Positions 51,591 through 64,000 of a DNA stretch of 64,000 nt are shown here, in pieces. Position 1 is the first letter of the stretch. Each line of letters begins with the position of its first letter. Origin of the DNA: Octopus sinensis (taxonomy: Eukaryota); the NCBI RefSeq assembly GCF_006345805.1, contig NC_042997.1, positions 190,650,001 to 190,714,000 on the forward strand, read 5' to 3'. The translations under genes and the position numbers were made by a program. A model generated the notes under the pieces. The model worked only from the letters and a program-made list of their open reading frames with translations, was not told the DNA's origin and did not search any database.

Positions 51591-52366
51591 TTCCGTCTTA
51601 ATACTACCTTTGATATACTGTCCATATCCAGTTCCGAGTCAGTAAACTAACCAGTTGAGCCGTCAACATTTATTGCATGAACTATTGTAATGAGTGTCGC
51701 TATTAGTTCAGAAGAAGCAGTAGATTTTCCTCAGATCCCCGAAGTGAAATTCATCGATCTTAGTCAGGCCTTCTTTTAACTCTTGTTGTTAGCCCTTTTC
51801 CTCTTTCTAAACTAGACATATAGAACTTGTTGCACGGCAAACAAAATACCGTGCTGTATTTTATGTTGTGTTCAAACCTCACCGAGGGCGGCGTTGCTAT
51901 GACAGATAACTCTCTTCCCTATAAGGGTGGTCACATTAAAACCATTCACTTTGTTATGAAAGCTAATCCCTTCTCTGTACGTTTACTCTTATATCTATTT
52001 AGAATCATTCGTTTTCTTCTTTTTCTGTAATGCATTTCTCCTGTATTCTGAAACTTTACTTCATGTGAATCAGATGCATTCAATAGTGGTAGATCTAAAC
52101 AGCTGCTTTGTTTAGCACCGAAACGTTGGATGGTTTTGTAAATATTAGAATCAAGTTTTTGTCAGTGAAAACATGATCATCTTTTCATCCTCCAACCAGT
52201 TTCCGAAGTACAGTAAAATTGTCGTGGAAACCGTCCTATTTCCTCATAACAAGAAACTGATTTCGTAAATCTTGGGCCCTTATGATCGATAAAAGCAATC
52301 CTTATTATTATTATTATTATTATTATTGTTATTATTATTATTATTATTATTATCATCATCATCATT

Positions 52367-52581
52367 AAGGCGGCGAGCTGGCAGAATCGTTAGCACGCCG
52401 GATGTAATACTTAGCGGTATTTCGTCTGCTGCTACGTTCTGAGTTCAAATTCCGCCAAGGATGACTTTTCCTTTCATCCTTTCTCGATCGATAACTTAAG
52501 TACCAGTTGAGTACTGGGTTCCATGTGATCGACTGTTCACTTACCCGCAAAAATCTTGGCCTTGTGCCTATAGCAGAAAGA

Positions 52582-52585
<4 letters not shown>
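52367..52585 (+). mobile_element. SINE family A
   Basis: aaggcggcgagctggcagaatcgttagcacgcc...gccttgtgcctatagcagaaag. Confidence 0.85.
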
Positions 52586-52614
<29 letters not shown>

Positions 52615-53089
52615 GAGAGAGCAGTGCATGCCATCAAAGTGACACTGGGGTAAAACATATGAAGCCCAATGTACTCATCATGACTACCCGTCTGATAAGG
52701 ATACACTAGGCACATGCATCACAACCATATGTGCGTGATATGGTGATCTCATATCAAGATAAACAGCGCATGACCTTGCACTGCGACCCAGTTGGAATTT
52801 TTTTCTGGTCGAGTAACTCACCCCGCTCACAAGGTCCGTGAATAAGGATTTTTTAAGGATGTTGAACGAAATACCCATGTTTCCAGTGGTGAATTATTGA
52901 AACCTCCAATAATTCCTTTCAACAGATCGCTATGATGCTCCCCCACTACTTCTGCTCATGATCAGAGATGCAGATATCGCCAGCCACTAAGGGACATGCT
53001 CAACTGGTTAAGATCAAACAACTGACAAGCAAATATGTGGATATTGAGCAGAATATTTGCTGTAGCCCATTTTATTATTATTATTATTC

Positions 53090-53455
53090 GTAAGGTTAGT
53101 ACGCCGGACGAAATGCTTAGCAGTATTTCGTCTGCCGCTACGTTCTGAGTTCAAATTCCGCCGAGGTCGAATTTGCCTTTCATCCTTTCGGGGTCGATTA
53201 CGCACTGGGGTCGATATAATCGACTTAATCCGTTTGTCTGTCCTTGTTTGTCCTCTCTGTGTTTAGCCCCTTGTGGGTAGTAAAGAAATAGGTATTTCGT
53301 CTGCCGCTACGTTCTGAGTTCAAATTCCGCCGAGGTCGATTTTTTCCTTCAACCTTTCGGGGTCGGTAAATTAAGTACCTGATGAGTACTGGGGTCGATG
53401 TGTTCGACTGTCCCCTTCCCCATAAAAATCCAGGCCTTGTGCTTATAGTAGAAAA

Positions 53456-53495
<40 letters not shown>

Positions 53496-53705
53496 TATTA
53501 TTATTATTAAGGTTTTGCACGCCAGACGATATGCTTAGCAGTATTTCATTTGCCGCTACGTTCTGAGTTCAAATTCCGCCGGGGTCGACTGCCTTTTATC
53601 CTTTCGGGATCGATAAATCAAGTACTAGTGAAACACTGGAGCCGATGTAGTCGACTAGTCCCCTTCACTCAAATTTTAGGCCTTGTTGTGCCTTCACTAG
53701 AAAGG
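53090..53705 (+). mobile_element. SINE family A dimer (53090-53458) plus adjacent monomer (53508-53705)
   Basis: Units start gtatttcg at 53123 and 53292. Confidence 0.85.
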
Positions 53706-53974
53706 GTAATTATTATTATTATTGTTGTTATTATTATTATTATCAATACTATTATTATTATTATTACTATTATTACTATTAATATTATTATTATTATTAT
53801 TATTACTATTATTATTTTTTTTTTTCTTCTTTCAAATTTGCTTCCATTTATTGCCGAGTGTCTTCCCGACTCCTAGGGCAAAGAAACTCATAGTATACAT
53901 TGGTAGGCCATTAAACCAAACTCAATAGTTCGTTCATTTTTTTTTTTTTTTTTTTAAGTTAAATAAAATACATG

Positions 53975-54097
53975 AGCAGCAACAGTTCTCACATCGACAA
54001 TGCTCTTCTCAATACGTGTGATGTACCAGTTAAGACAATCTTTTGCACTTCTTGCAGGGATGGTACCCAGGGATCATTCTCATATAATTTTCGGTTC
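53975..54097 (-). pseudogene. 3' end of an RLE-type LINE ORF, cut by the gap
   Basis: Minus frame ...PSLQEVQKIVLTGTSHVLRRALSM*. Confidence 0.6.
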
Positions 54098-54197
54098 NNN
54101 NNNNNNNNNNNNNNNNNNNNNNNNNNNNNNNNNNNNNNNNNNNNNNNNNNNNNNNNNNNNNNNNNNNNNNNNNNNNNNNNNNNNNNNNNNNNNNNNN
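54098..54197. other. Assembly gap (100 N)
   Basis: N run. Confidence 1.
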
Positions 54198-55045
54198 AAA
54201 CAACCGGACATAACTTTGAAGAATACCTCGAAGAGAAACACTCGGACTATGCGTGCGTATGTTGCTCAAAGGCCTTGAGAAAACAGTAATATCGAAGTGA
54301 AGCACAGTGTCTCTTGAGCTCGTGACCGCTACATTACCTCACACTACGAAGACTATTCATTTGCAATGCATGAACAGGAGGTTGCTACGGAATACATAAT
54401 GCGCAAAAGAGACTGTGGGGCCCCTCGAGCTCCAAGGTCCTACTGAAAAATAGATTGACATATTTCTGGGGAAGACATCACACTGACATTCTGGAGGAAG
54501 ACATTAGCAACTGACAAAAGATATTATCACAGTACTACCCCCTTATGCGACACGACCTTGTTGCAAAACTAATACAATGTCATTTGAAATGGACTGTCCT
54601 AAAAATAAATATAGATAATCACCATGTTATTGAATACACACACAAACATAAATACAACAAATGCTGTTGGAATATTCCCAGAAAAAACATCTATCAATTG
54701 AAAGCATAACAGGTCGGATATTGTAGCATGGATCAGACAAGAGACAGTAGATACAGTTATAGTGGTCAGCTGTCCTGCTGGTGTGAATATCTCAAAATAT
54801 CAAAAAGAAATAGGATAGCTATAGACAACTGCTCGAAACGTCCAACTTCTGAATCCAGATTATAAATTCACATTTATTTCAATAGTAATTGCACGTGGTT
54901 TTGAGAGGAAATGCCTAAGCGACAATCTGGATAAGCTAGGGTTTTCAGAAAAAGAAATCAAGCAACTAACACGCTCAATAGAAACATAATCTGTAAGTGG
55001 AACCATAAAAATATGCAAGACTTTTCTCAAGTCTAGAACGTGACT
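54198..55045 (+). pseudogene. Decayed 3' region of an RLE-endonuclease LINE (R4/HERO-like)
   Basis: MRHDLVAKLI (54545), KHNRSDIVAW...VSCPAGVNI, LGFSEKEIKQL...SVSGTIKICKTFLK; frameshifted. Confidence 0.75.
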
Positions 55046-55404
55046 TTGGTTTTGTTACCTGCATTCTCATGATGGAACTTTGTATCTTTGTTAGAAAACA
55101 TCTCCTTCCGGAAAAGGAAGAATTTTAATGATTGAAACCAGAAGAGAGTATGCATGAAAATATAATACCACGGAATGCGGAGGTGTGTGAGCGTATTCGT
55201 AGGTTTATGTCAATGTTTGTATGTGGTTCCCAACCTGAGGTCCGCAGACCCCTGATGGTCCGCAAAGGTAGTACCGAGGGTCTATGAACCAAATTCGAAA
55301 TTTCATATGCAAATATACATCACGTGATCACGTGACTGACCAGACTATCAGATGTTGCTACACATCGCTAGTCACAATGCCTTTCGCATTGTTGTCTAAG
55401 CCAA

Positions 55405-55587
55405 CAGAAGGAAGAGTGAGAGAACGTTGTGGCGAAAGTGTACAGCAGGCATCGCCACCGCCCCCTGCCGGAGCCTCGTGCGGTTTTAGGTATTTTCGCT
55501 CAATAAACACTCACAACGCCCGGTCTGGGAATCGAAACCGCGATCCTGCGACCGCGAGTCCGCTGCCCTAACCACTGGGCCATTGCG

Positions 55588-55588
<1 letters not shown>
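55405..55588 (-). mobile_element. SINE family C, 5' part
   Basis: Reverse complement of the family C head. Confidence 0.85.
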
Positions 55589-55623
<35 letters not shown>

Positions 55624-55717
55624 TATATATATATATATATATACATACATATATACATACACATATATACACACACACATATACACACACACACATATAT
55701 ATACACACATATATATA

Positions 55718-55910
55718 CTTTATTTAACAGCAGCAGAAATATAACAAAAGGTGTTACTCGGAGTTTCACGTTCCCGTTCGTCGGACGAACGGGAACGTGA
55801 AACTCCAAGTAACACCTTTTGTTATACTTCTGCTGCTTATAAATAAAGCATATTACTCTTCCTCTGGTATTTGGGTACTCTTTTTTCCACCTTGTTTCAC
55901 ATTCATGTGC
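55718..55910. mobile_element. Penelope-like end with a 131-bp palindrome (55718-55848) centred in a truncated hammerhead core
   Basis: Both arms read GACGA acg ggaa cgt GAAA ct cc[g/a] ag TA acacc; centre at 55783. Confidence 0.65.
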
Positions 55911-56144
55911 TACTCCGGTATATATATATATATATATATAATATATATATATATATATAAGGATAAGCATATTAAAAGGGGTCCGTGTGAAAACTCATTT
56001 AAATATAAGGGTTGGGAACCACTGGCATATATCATGCACACCACACACGTGTGTATATATATATATATATATAATATATATATATATATATCTACACACA
56101 TATACATATATATATAAATATTATATATATTATATAATATACAT

Positions 56145-56188
<44 letters not shown>

Positions 56189-56744
56189 TACGTTCATACG
56201 TCCATCATACCATGTATTTTTTAAGATATAATTGAAACATCTATACAGCAGTATGTGCAGCAATTAAAAAACGGCACGAAAAGGATTTCATAGAACTAAC
56301 ACAAGTTTCTTATATCTCTTATATATAAAACTTCTCATAGCATTTTCTCTGTCTTGTCAGCATAGGTTCAACGTGTAGATTACATTAGGAAAAAAAAATA
56401 TCCGAACTAAAGTCTGTGTAAGTACATTTACATATCATCCGTGTGTGTTGTTAAAATTTTCACATATCAGCAGTAGCTGCATTGTATTGAAGAAGAAAGA
56501 AAAAATAATTATATAAACCACTATCATATTCTGCATCATCATTATCAAGAATATTTTTGGAGTATTTCTTTATTTTTGTTTAGTGTATTCGTAAAAGTAT
56601 AGACATGGGAAGTTTTTTTGCTTCCTTTCAGTTTTTTTTCCTTCGTTTTGTGCGCAGTCTCGCAAAAAAAAGATATAACGAATTCAAGTTGCAACAAGAA
56701 ATCCAGGTTAAGCACGAAGGAAATCATGAAAACGTTGGGTTACT

Positions 56745-57430
56745 CAATTATGTATTAGGTAGATACATATGAAGGCGCAATGGCCCAGTGGTTAGGGCAG
56801 CGGACTCGCGGTTGTAGGATCGGGGCTTCGATTCCCAGACCGGGCGTTGTGAGTATTTATTGAGCGTTGTGAGTATTTATTGAGCGTTGTGAGTATTTAT
56901 TGAGCGTTGTGAGTATTTATTGAGCGTTGTGAGTATTTATTGAGCGTTGTGTTATTATGATCGGGTTGGCGGCCATGCTGTACACTTTCGCCACAATTAT
57001 GTATCAGGTAGATACATATGAAGGCGCAAGGCCCAGTGGTTAGGGCAGCGGACTCGCGGTTGTAGGATCGGGGCTTCGATTCCCAGACGGGCGCGTGTGA
57101 GTATTTATGAGAGGCTGTGAGTATTATTGGCTTTTCATGTGAGTATTTATTGAGCGTTGTGAGTATTTATTGAGCGGTGGCGTTGCCTGCTGTACACTTT
57201 CGCCACAATTATGTATCAGGTAGATACATATGAAGGCGCAATGGCCCAGTGGTTAGGGCAGCGGACTCGCGGTTGTAGGATCGCGGTTTCGATTCCCAGA
57301 CCGGGCGTTGTGAGTATTTATTGAGCGAAAATACCTAAAGCCTCACGAGGCTCAGGCAGGGGGCGGTGGCGTTGCCTGCTGTACACTTTCGTCACAATTA
57401 TGTATCAGGTAGATACATATGAAGGCGCGT
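56745..57430 (+). repeat. Tandem array of SINE C tRNA-like heads (units 249, 212, 189 bp) with an internal 20-bp minisatellite
   Basis: caattatgtat...ggcccagtggttagggcagcggactcgcgg starts at 56745, 56994, 57206 (partial at 57395); gcgttgtgagtatttattga x5 at 56844-56943. Confidence 0.9.
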
Positions 57431-57683
57431 GACCTAGTGGATAGGGTGTTGCACAGGCGATCCCCAGGACGCGGTTTCGATTCGGGAACCGGGTGATGCA
57501 TGGTGTTCTTGACCAAAATACTTTATGCCTTGTTGCTCTGCGATCACTTCGACAAATGACGAGCGGCACACCGCGCACCTGTATAGGTAATATCGATTTG
57601 ATTGAGCGAATGAGCTCATTTACAGCACAAATGTTTGATGACTATAAACATATTATCTCAGCAAGTTGTTCAACAAAAATTTG

Positions 57684-57842
57684 TAGGAGTGGCTGTGTGG
57701 TAAGTAGCTTGCTTACCAACCACATAGGTCCGGGTTCAGTCCCACTGCGTCACACCTTGGGCAAGTGTCTTCTACTGTAGCTTCGGGCCGACCAATGCCT
57801 TGTGAGTGGATTTGGCAGACGGAAACTGAAAGTAGCCCGTCG

Positions 57843-57874
<32 letters not shown>

Positions 57875-58054
57875 GTGTGTGTGTCTGTCTGTGTCTGTCC
57901 CCCCCCAACATCGCTTGACAACCGATGCTGGTGTGTTTGCGTCCCCGTAACATAGCGGTTCGGCAAAAGAGACCGATAGAAATACGATTTGGTCGACTAA
58001 AGGCGGTGCTCCAGCATGGCCGCAGTCGAATGACAGAATCAAGTAAAAGAGTAA
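57684..58054 (+). mobile_element. SINE family B
   Basis: Full-length match. Confidence 0.9.
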
Positions 58055-58079
58055 GGAACCCTCACCAGTCGACTGGGAC

Positions 58080-58117
<38 letters not shown>

Positions 58118-58659
58118 GAGAGAGAGAGTCTACGATCAGATAGGGATCTTTTGGGAGATGCTCACCCTTGTTTGAATACATGAATTATCATATTTATTCC
58201 TATATACTTGACTAGAATAGAACATATGTTCTTGATATACTAATTCAATATATTAACCGATAGTTTATATTAATAAATATTAAAAACAGCACAACCCGAA
58301 AAGATAACTATGTAAAACGTAGAAATGGAATACTTTTTTTTTTAATTAAAAAACTACTAATAACACACAGCGAAATGATTTACACTGTTGCATATTTTCA
58401 TCATTTTTTTTCTATTTTATCTTTTTTTAATTTTTTTTTTTTTTTTTGCTAGATGTTGCTGCGACATAATAGGTTTGTATTCACAGAATGGGAAAGAAAA
58501 AAATGCCGCACAATCCTTAAGCACGCCAAGTACTAGTATGGCGGCAGGTTTCACATTGTAAAGAAAAATAGAGAGCTTTTTTTTTTTTATAAACTAATTT
58601 ATAGTGCATGCGCATGTGTATGCCTATGTGGCAATGCACAAACACATACACGAATGTGC

Positions 58660-58681
58660 ATGTATGTATATATATATATAT

Positions 58682-58759
<78 letters not shown>

Positions 58760-58767
58760 CATATATA

Positions 58768-58806
<39 letters not shown>

Positions 58807-58833
58807 TATATATATACATTACATACATATATG

Positions 58834-58870
<37 letters not shown>

Positions 58871-58891
58871 TACATACATATATGAATATGA

Positions 58892-58922
<31 letters not shown>

Positions 58923-59001
58923 CACACATTAATACATATATGAATATATATATATATCTATATTATATATATATACACATTACATTACATATATGAATAT
59001 A

Positions 59002-59044
<43 letters not shown>

Positions 59045-59307
59045 TACATACATATATGAATATATATATATATATATATATAACACATTACATACATATA
59101 TGAATATATATATATATATATATACATACATATATATGAATATATAATATATATTATATATATATATATATATTACATACATATATGAATATGAATATAT
59201 ATATATATACACACACATTACATACATATATAAATAAATATATATACACAGATATATTGCGTATATACATCTACACATATATATGCGTGTAGATATGCAT
59301 GCATAAT

Positions 59308-59371
<64 letters not shown>

Positions 59372-59480
59372 GTATATATAGAGGGAGAGAGAAAGCAAAG
59401 TTATTTTAATGTTTTCTGTTTATCTATCTATCTATATATATGTATGTGTATGTATGAATGTATCAATGTATATATGTATG
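58660..59480. repeat. (TA)n-rich compound microsatellite with recurring acattacatacatatatgaat motif
   Basis: Direct inspection. Confidence 0.9.
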
Positions 59481-60256
59481 TACGTACGTATGTATGGTTG
59501 TATGTAAGGATAAAAGTATAAGTGCTTCCTCTGCAAGTGTGTGTGTGTGTGTGGGCATGCGCGTGTGTATAAATGTATTGTGAGAATAAACAAGTGCAGA
59601 AACAGTTGTCGGAGACGGGGAAATGGAAGCTACAGAAGAGAACGTACTGTATATTATAAAATATAATTGATTATTCACGAATGGAAGTACTCTCTATAGT
59701 CGGTACGCACCCACCGCTTCAGAGCAAGGTTAGTTCTATACCATTACTGATTCTTGAAGTGTATTGTCTGCGAAATCTGAACGGTGTCAAATCGCCATTA
59801 TAGTACAAATATATTACACAGTCAGATGTACGCTGCACAACCTTGAAATCTAATGTGTCTAATGCGTCTCTCTGAATAATAACTCGACATAAAGGGAATT
59901 AACGTTGGGACACAATAAGAGTTGAAAATATATATAGTAAAAGAAATATGCTAAGAGTCTGGTTAAATCATATTTTCAGTCGATAATACTGCAACAGCAG
60001 AAGAGAGAACAACATTTTAAGGTTCCTAGGTTTTTGGGGATTTTTTTTTTAATCACAAATCTGATTATTTAACATCGATTGTTCCTTGAATGACTAAAAA
60101 AAAATATTTTATTAAATTTCCCGAATGACAAATTTTGCATTTAATGTAGATTTCGTTTCACAAGTCTTTTTTTTTTTTAATTTCTTCATTAATTTGTTCA
60201 TAAACCAAGCTATTTATTAACGCAATTACTGTTGCCTTCGGTAAACGCGTCCTATA

Positions 60257-60456
60257 CACTTTTACTCTTTTACCTGTTTCAGTCATTTGACTGCGGCCAT
60301 GCTGGAGCACCGTCTTTAGCCGAGCAAATCGACCCCAGGACGTATTCTTTGGAAGCCTAGTACTTATTCTATTGGTCTCTTTTGCCGAACCGCTAAGTTG
60401 CGGAGACGTAAACACACCACCATCAGTTGTCAAGCGATGTTGGGGAAACAAACAAA

Positions 60457-60536
<80 letters not shown>

Positions 60537-60704
60537 ATATACTTATATAAGACGGGCTTCTTCAGTTTCCGTCTACCAAATCCACTCACAAGGCTTTGGT
60601 CGGCCCGAGGCTTTTGTAGAAGACACTTTGCCCAAGGTGCCACGCAGTGGGACTGAACTCGGAATCATGTGGTTGGTAAGCAAGCTACTTACCAGACAGC
60701 CACT
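60257..60704 (-). mobile_element. SINE family B
   Basis: Full-length match. Confidence 0.9.
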
Positions 60705-62390
60705 AATGTTTTCTTCAAAGACATTCCGTCATATTTGCTGAGCATATGTATGTCAAATTACTTGTTTTTAAATGTTATAAATATAAACATAAGGTGGCGA
60801 GTTGGTAGTCTATGAAATGCTGGATAGAATGCCTTAGGATACATATTCGGACGCTCTAAGAAAAATTATCGTCAGAGTCACCTTTGCTTTTCAATCTTCC
60901 GTACCGGTGAAAACAAAATATCAATGCAGAATAATTAATGGAAATACTAGAACACTGGGTCACGTGGTAACTGTTCCTTCTGAAAGTAACACTTGTTACG
61001 ACACTGGTGATAAGGTCCGTCCGCCTGAAGGTGGTAAACTTTCCCTGTGACAACATTGGTTGTGCAGAGAGACGAGGCTTGCGTACACGGGCAACTATCA
61101 GTCTTATTCAGAAAATATATCGGCATCCAGGTCAGCGCATATGAGTGCAGATATATGGGAAACCATAACCAATGAAGGCCCTCATAAGTGTACACATTAC
61201 ACATAAACGTGTGCTTCGGAGCTACGTGTTTTTGAGATCATCACTTGTCTCCGGCGGCAAGTGATCTTCAACCATAACCTCGGATCAATCAAAGCCTTGT
61301 GAGTGAAACTTGATGAAAAGAAACAGCGTGGAAGTCTATCGGTCTGTTTGATACTGAACTTTACTCTGGATCCATCCCATACTCAATTTCAAGATTAAAT
61401 AATATCTGAAGTAAATTATTAGAGTTTGTTATTCTGAAAGCATCTTAAAGTGTGGAAAAATAAATGTCTTGCATTATATATTCTGGATTCTTCCATTCTA
61501 AGTTCATATTTTACCGAAATCAACTTTGAGTTCCATCACACCGGAATCGATGAAATAAAGTACAAAATGAAGTACGAGAGTTGGTCGTATTGAAAAATCT
61601 ATTCTACAATGGAAAATTACTGGCTTTGTGTCAAAATCAGAAATTATCATTATGAGTTCACCAAGGCAGCTTTTCCTATTCCAGGGTTATAATACCAGTC
61701 GAAATACCAGTCAAGTAACAAAGCCGACGGCTCCAACTAACCCCTCAACTCAAAACGTATGGCCTTGTGCTTAGATTAGAAATAATTATTATGTAAACAT
61801 ATGTATTCTAGTAAATTATTATGTAAACGTATTATATAACAACAACAATAATAATAATAATAATATGTACTATTACCATACAATTATAAGTATCCTAATA
61901 AATAGATAACAGCTGTTATAAACGAATACATTCACTCTACATACATTTGATGCTAAATGAAACATAACTAAAGACAGAGCAGTCATAATATATTATATGT
62001 TTGCTGTTTTATAGGGTCTAATTTCAACCTAGAAAAAAAAATGAAGATAAGATGATAACGAACGATAACATATTGGAAGATTGATAATAGTTTATAAACT
62101 GCAATGTTTCCACTAATAGATGATGGTGAAGTCGTGAAGCTAGGAAGTCCGTATTCCAGTCAAGTGGTTTGCTCATGATCCGACCCCATAGCACGACACC
62201 TAAGGGAAGTAACTGTTATCTTCGCACAAACTCGACATTGTGAGTAGTACTTGGTGAAGAGAGACTGGCGAACTGGTTTATATGTATTACTTTTTTTTTG
62301 TTTTCCAATGTGCATTTTCGCTTATTTTTCTTCTTACTTTCCCCTTACATTTCCACGTGTAGTTTCTATTTTCTTTTTGCAACATATTTC

Positions 62391-62769
<379 letters not shown>

Positions 62770-63196
62770 ATATATATGGATCGGTGAGCATGTGAATTTT
62801 CAAAGAAAATGAGTATAATATATATAAAATTGTGGGTATATTTTATTAGAAACTGCTGCATCATGTATCGTACATTACATCTGATGTAACCGATATTCAA
62901 TCGTCAAAATATTGCCAATTTTCGAAATATCTAAATAAAAATATTCTTAAATACATCAAAATGTGATTATTTATAGAAATTTGAGAGCTGAATTTTTATC
63001 TGCTGATACCACTTCAGATTTCATATGCTGAACACAAAATATGAATCGTGTCAAATGTCAAAGAACATTATATATATAGTTTTTATGTCTTCAGTATTAT
63101 ATGTATAAAATACAAATAAGTAAGGAATGAGGGTGTTCTTAATGAACTTTTATTACTGATAAATTAATATATATTTTTGTTAATTATAGTCATTTT

Positions 63197-63290
63197 TCAG
63201 TGTGTGGCATTTCCCACGCCTTTCACGAATTCTTCTTCATCACTTTCCCCGTCGAGGCAAGCTGTGAGCATTGCTTCCTGATTTGGAAAG
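63197..63290 (-). CDS. Candidate terminal coding exon of an unidentified gene
   Basis: Acceptor-like gtcattttctacag, then FPNQEAMLTACLDGESDEEEFVKGVGNATH* in one frame; no homology recognised. Confidence 0.3.
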
Positions 63291-64000
63291 CTGTAGAAAA
63301 TGACATACGTACACAGAAATGCTATGTACAATACATAAAAATAAAATTTCATTTTTACTCTTTTATTATATAGCGAATAACAGCAGTAAATTTTTATTAG
63401 TTACCCCGATAAGAGGGAAAATCAATATGGTTGATGTTCATCTAGGAGCCGGATGAGGAAATATTGGCTACTCGTGAACAGCAGAGGTTTCTAATAATGG
63501 AAGAATTTGTTTGGATAAAACTGTTTGACACAAAATGGATAGCGAGAGGAGAAAAAGGAGATACTTGTGCCGAGTGCACTTGACTAAGTGGATGTGCAGC
63601 TTCTTAACTGAAGGAAATAGAATGTTTGAATAGCAATTTATAATGAAAAAAATAACGGTAAGTGTAACGTGTTGTTGAAAGATATTTTATCAATTAACAA
63701 AGCTATATTCTCATTTGTTTGTATGTGTCGTAGCAATATTATCCAAATCACGTGACCAATGGTCTAATGAGGATGCATTGAAGCATTTTATTTCTATAGA
63801 ATGTTAGAAGCGGTAACCAGGATTGAGGTGTTTCTGGTTCTGAGAATTAAACTAGTCTTTGAGATACTCCAGTAATATATTTTCCTAGTTTATTTTGTCT
63901 CTGTCTTATCTCGTGGTGCGGTATGAACATTTAAGGTGGTTTTCAGAGTCAGGGTTTTGACTGCTATTTCGGCATGCTAGTGTCTCTCAGATACCCTTAT

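Noticed and set aside
56844-56951. 20-bp direct repeats superficially like a CRISPR array
   Set aside because: No spacers, eukaryotic context, and the unit is a slipped segment of SINE C
60856-61204. Cys-containing ORFs in unique-looking sequence
   Set aside because: No recognisable motif and no convincing splice-site pair

Overview
64 kb of AT-rich eukaryotic non-coding DNA, most likely an octopus/coleoid cephalopod scaffold. This is inferred from the recognisable tRNA-derived SINE families and the dense (TA)n/(CA)n/(TAT)n tracts. There are two 100-N gaps and no intact protein-coding gene that I can support; nearly all ORFs in the supplied track are microsatellite or SINE read-throughs. Repeats include three abundant tRNA-headed SINE families (my labels A, B, C), decayed LINEs (Tx1-like RT, CR1/L2-group ends, RLE-type ends), a Penelope-like RT remnant (YRDD), an internally deleted mariner, several fold-back elements, a degenerate tRNA-His and a degenerate 5S rRNA. 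The main discovery is a collection of minimal type I hammerhead ribozymes (HHRs). (1) A tandem array of ~350-bp highly structured monomers carries one HHR per full monomer (8255-9914), the architecture of a non-LTR retrozyme (circRNA-based retroelement). (2) A second ~522-bp HHR-bearing tandem unit lies at 42.2-43.4 kb. (3) An HHR with a compensatory G3:C8 core swap occurs at 21.96 and 22.70 kb. (4) Several further Penelope-type HHR families are present. Most sit in head-to-head inverted arrangements. All ribozyme calls come from manual base-pairing; activity is untested, and some young inverted copies show indel noise that could be long-read assembly artefact.
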